Shown here: piece by piece, positions 61,294-64,000 of the stretch
How positions within the stretch are numbered: the stretch's first letter is position 1
Layout of the letters: every line of letters starts with the position of its first letter
Source: Aureliella sp.
Lineage (GTDB): Bacteria > Planctomycetota > Planctomycetia > Pirellulales > Pirellulaceae
Assembly: GCA_963691875.1 (NCBI GenBank)
Contig: OY829846.1
Coordinates: forward strand, 2,656,001 to 2,720,000
Length of the DNA: 64,000 bases
Reading direction: 5' to 3'
Program-made: the position numbers and the translations under genes
Notes under the pieces: generated by a model
Told to the model about the DNA's origin: nothing
What the model saw: the letters and a program-made list of their open reading frames with translations, nothing else
The model's database searches: none

Positions 61294-61620
61294 TTACAGA
61301 CAAAAAAGTTTGTTCGGATTTGCCTTGTCCCTAATACTGAACGGATTGACCCAGTCTCCTAGCTAAATATGCCACCCTGATTCCGCACTAAGATGGTAGT
61401 TGATGGTCTACTTCGATTTGACAACTTCGCAGTGCAGTTGAGCTACGACGCAGAGTGGGTTCAATTTTATGACGATTTCTTGAAAGTTTCGGCTTCAAAT
61501 CATCCGGGGGATGGAGCGAGGAGCCTCGCACAATTCAAAAACGGGTCACTTCGATCTGCTTAGCCGATCCTAGTTCGTATGAGGTTCGTTCGAATGTGTC
61601 CATAAATTTGCTTTGGTTGT

Positions 61621-61711
61621 TTGGCACCGGTGGCACCAGTCAGGGACATATACCTATGGGATTTGGCAAACCTGAAGCGTGAATGGATAAACTGGTGCCA
61701 ACTGGTGCCAA
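61621..61711. promoter_or_regulatory. Putative replication origin: 2+2 inverted iterons TGGCACC(A/G)G
   Basis: TTGGCACCGG-TGGCACCAGT (61621-61640) and ACTGGTGCCA-ACTGGTGCCAA (61691-61711), abutting the primase stop codon. Confidence 0.7.
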
Positions 61712-61712
61712 T

Positions 61713-63863
61713 TCACTCCGACCACAACTCTAGTCCGTGGTATATGACTTTCCTGCGATGCTGTCCGCTCGTAGGTTTTTCCTTCGTAAAGCGTTCGGCC
61801 ATTTGCTTTCCGAAGTTAGTTTGTGAAAGCTTTCCGCCCCACTCCTTATAGACATCAAAAAGGTCCGTAGCTCGCACAACCGCACCTTCTCTGACCTCGC
61901 ATGTGTCTGCGATGAAGCGGCCAAGAATATCCTGCTCACGACGGTACGAATCACTTGCTTCGGTGACTGCTGCTGGCTCATAGAACCCCGCGCGCAAATA
62001 CTCCTCCACGCCCTCCGTAATCCAATTCAGAATGCCCGGCCCCTCCTCCCTAGCCAACACTTCGTGATAGTTTTTGATCGGCTGCGTTTGCTTGCTGATG
62101 TCTACCGCGAAAGGAACTAGCTTGATTCGTCGCCAGATGCCATTATCGGTACCTCGGACTCGAGGAAGGTGGTTGGTTGCCATCCATAGCTTATGTGTCC
62201 TGCGAAAGTTGTAGAAGTTCTCACGCATCGCCCGCGCATTGATGGTTGAGTCACCGGTCAATTCCTTAACTCGTGATTGACGCATCGGCGTGTTCTGGTC
62301 GGGTTCACTTATCGCTACGAAACGCTTGCCAAGTAGTTGTGCCTTTTCCGCCGGGTGCCCTTTGTTTTCCCCTAGCAGAAGTGAGTCATGTGCGAGAATC
62401 CCATAATCACCAGCAAGCTCTAGCAACGTGTTCCACAAAAATGACTTGCCATTGCAACCGGAGCCATATGCGATCGGAAGAATGTGCTCACCGATATCAC
62501 CAGTGAACGAATACCCAAAAAGCTGCTGAACGTATATTTTTAGGCTGTGGTCACCGTCGAAAATAAGATGCAACGCATCAAGCCATCGAGGGCATTTAGC
62601 AGACGGATCGAACGAAACTCGCGCAAGCTGCGTAAGAAGGTCACCGCTTGAATGGGGCCTTAATTCCTTCGTTGTAAAATCCAGTGTTCCATTCTGAACA
62701 TTTAATACCATCGGGTTTCGGTCGAAGTCATCCACCTCCACCATGACCCGTGCATCGGCCCGTGCCAAGCTCAGCACATCCTTTGCCATGCGGTTTGTCT
62801 GTAGCCTTCTGATGAATGTGCGGGTACGGCTTAGGTCCTCCCTGGTGGCGGATGACACTGCCACCTTAGGCAACAACGTGTTCCGTAGCGACTCGGAGAA
62901 CCTCCGAAACATGCCGATGCACTTGGTCGCTCTTTCATCCTTCGACCATCGTTTTCCGTCAAAAACCATCCAGCAACCCCAAGCATCCACCCATCGAAGT
63001 GTATTTAGATATTCGTCGATAAATTTTTTTGCTGCGCTCTCCTCAGTTAACTCGCGATCAAGAACCAGTCCGCAATCAGAAGCCGTTGTCGCGGTCTTGC
63101 ATGGTTCGTTTTGGCTTAACGTAGTGACAATCTGCTCTGGGAGCTTGCACAGCTCAAACAGCTCTTCGAGCTCTCCTCCAGCTTCAAAAAAGTCTGTCAC
63201 GTCTTGCTTGGGGCTAACTGGAAGATGGACGATTTTTCCGTGGCCAAGCTTAGCTTTGATGTCTTGCGCGTGCTCCAGCCCTGGCTCATCGTTGTCGGAA
63301 AGAATGAACACTTCCTTGCCAAGGAGATACTGACCGTACTCATTAAGCCACTTCCCAGCACCGCCGACATTGCAGGTAGCCGCAACTCCTTTCCCTTTAA
63401 GCGTTTCCGCATCCTTTTCACCTTCGACAATGTATACAGTGGTGGCCCTTTGAACGTCTGGCAAGTTGTATGGGTATCTGGTCACGCCTTTCATTGACCA
63501 AGTACCATTGGCCTGTTTTTGAAGGAACTTCTTCTTGCCGGACTTCCGTATGGCTGAATACACATGATTGCCATCGGGGTCATAGTATTTGTATTCGATG
63601 TCTCGCTCAGGAGGCTGACCAAATCCAGCTAGTCGAAGATCATCGAAATTGAGTCCCACTGCCTTCCATACGTCTAATTCTTCGCATCCTGCGTGACAGT
63701 GGGCAACCCACCGTTTTTCCCCCTTAGCAATCGAAAGACTAGCCGTATTGTCATCATGCACCGGGCACTTTGCTTGGTACTTTTTGCCTCGCTGACTGCA
63801 CCCTTGGAACAGTAGTTCCGGCTTGATTGCATTTCCTGTTACCGACATATTAAAACAATCCAT
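61713..63863 (-). CDS. Phage/plasmid primase-helicase, P4/D5 family (Zn finger, Toprim, D5_N, SF3 helicase)
   Basis: CPVHDD...HCHAGC; IVEGEKDA and DNDEPG; LNVQNGTLD; Walker A GSGCNGKS; VKELTGD; TNHLP; GIWRRI. Confidence 0.93.
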   Translation of the reverse strand: MDCFNMSVTGNAIKPELLFQGCSQRGKKYQAKCPVHDDNTASLSIAKGEKRWVAHCHAGCEELDVWKAVGLNFDDLRLAGFGQPPERDIEYKYYDPDGNHVYSAIRKSGKKKFLQKQANGTWSMKGVTRYPYNLPDVQRATTVYIVEGEKDAETLKGKGVAATCNVGGAGKWLNEYGQYLLGKEVFILSDNDEPGLEHAQDIKAKLGHGKIVHLPVSPKQDVTDFFEAGGELEELFELCKLPEQIVTTLSQNEPCKTATTASDCGLVLDRELTEESAAKKFIDEYLNTLRWVDAWGCWMVFDGKRWSKDERATKCIGMFRRFSESLRNTLLPKVAVSSATREDLSRTRTFIRRLQTNRMAKDVLSLARADARVMVEVDDFDRNPMVLNVQNGTLDFTTKELRPHSSGDLLTQLARVSFDPSAKCPRWLDALHLIFDGDHSLKIYVQQLFGYSFTGDIGEHILPIAYGSGCNGKSFLWNTLLELAGDYGILAHDSLLLGENKGHPAEKAQLLGKRFVAISEPDQNTPMRQSRVKELTGDSTINARAMRENFYNFRRTHKLWMATNHLPRVRGTDNGIWRRIKLVPFAVDISKQTQPIKNYHEVLAREEGPGILNWITEGVEEYLRAGFYEPAAVTEASDSYRREQDILGRFIADTCEVREGAVVRATDLFDVYKEWGGKLSQTNFGKQMAERFTKEKPTSGQHRRKVIYHGLELWSE

Positions 63864-64000
63864 TGCTTCTGGCTTAGGGAACCCATCAATTCCCGAAATA
63901 GAACAAACACTTGGAGCCAGCTAGGGCCCCCAAACCCTAGCTAGCTTCTTCTTTTTACGAGCGCTAAGCTCGCTCCCGAGGTTTTGCGCTCTAGTACTTA

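Larger units (their letters stand above)
55800..64000. mobile_element. Island 2: phage-satellite-like element (left border approximate; continues beyond the window)
   Basis: P4/D5-type primase-helicase, iteron origin, cos-like site, backbone shared with island 1, several pseudogenes. Confidence 0.8.

Overview
This is a bacterial chromosomal window, most likely from a Planctomycete of the Pirellulaceae type. That placement is inferred from gene content: trpE divergent from mcsA-mcsB, an actABC(DE)F alternative complex III fused in one operon with a caa3 oxidase, a planctomycete-style type II secretion/pilus cluster, and a PEP-CTERM protein. The housekeeping backbone runs: trpE (partial), mcsA-mcsB, acs, a beta-barrel/periplasmic binding protein/PAS histidine kinase operon, the ACIII plus A2-type caa3 oxidase operon (10.6-25.2 kb), cysE, an atypical receiver protein, tRNA-Sec, an ATP-grasp protein, a 10-gene Gsp-like cluster (36.2-51.1 kb), ACP plus FAD oxidoreductase, and tkt. 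The most interesting part is two related, decaying phage-satellite-like islands. Island 1 (28461-34523) is integrated at the anticodon loop of tRNA-Sec and, unusually, duplicates the 5' half of the tRNA. It carries an integrase stub, an HK97-type capsid fragment, two cos-like sites, and cargo (Ni-SOD, PEP-CTERM, GH5). Island 2 (about 55.8 kb to beyond the window end) carries a P4/D5-type primase-helicase with an iteron origin, a third cos-like site, and different cargo (ADP-ribosylglycohydrolase, EEP nuclease pseudogene, SnoaL). The two islands share a collinear non-coding/small-ORF backbone, with cargo inserted at definable points. All calls come from motif recognition by eye; no database searches were run.
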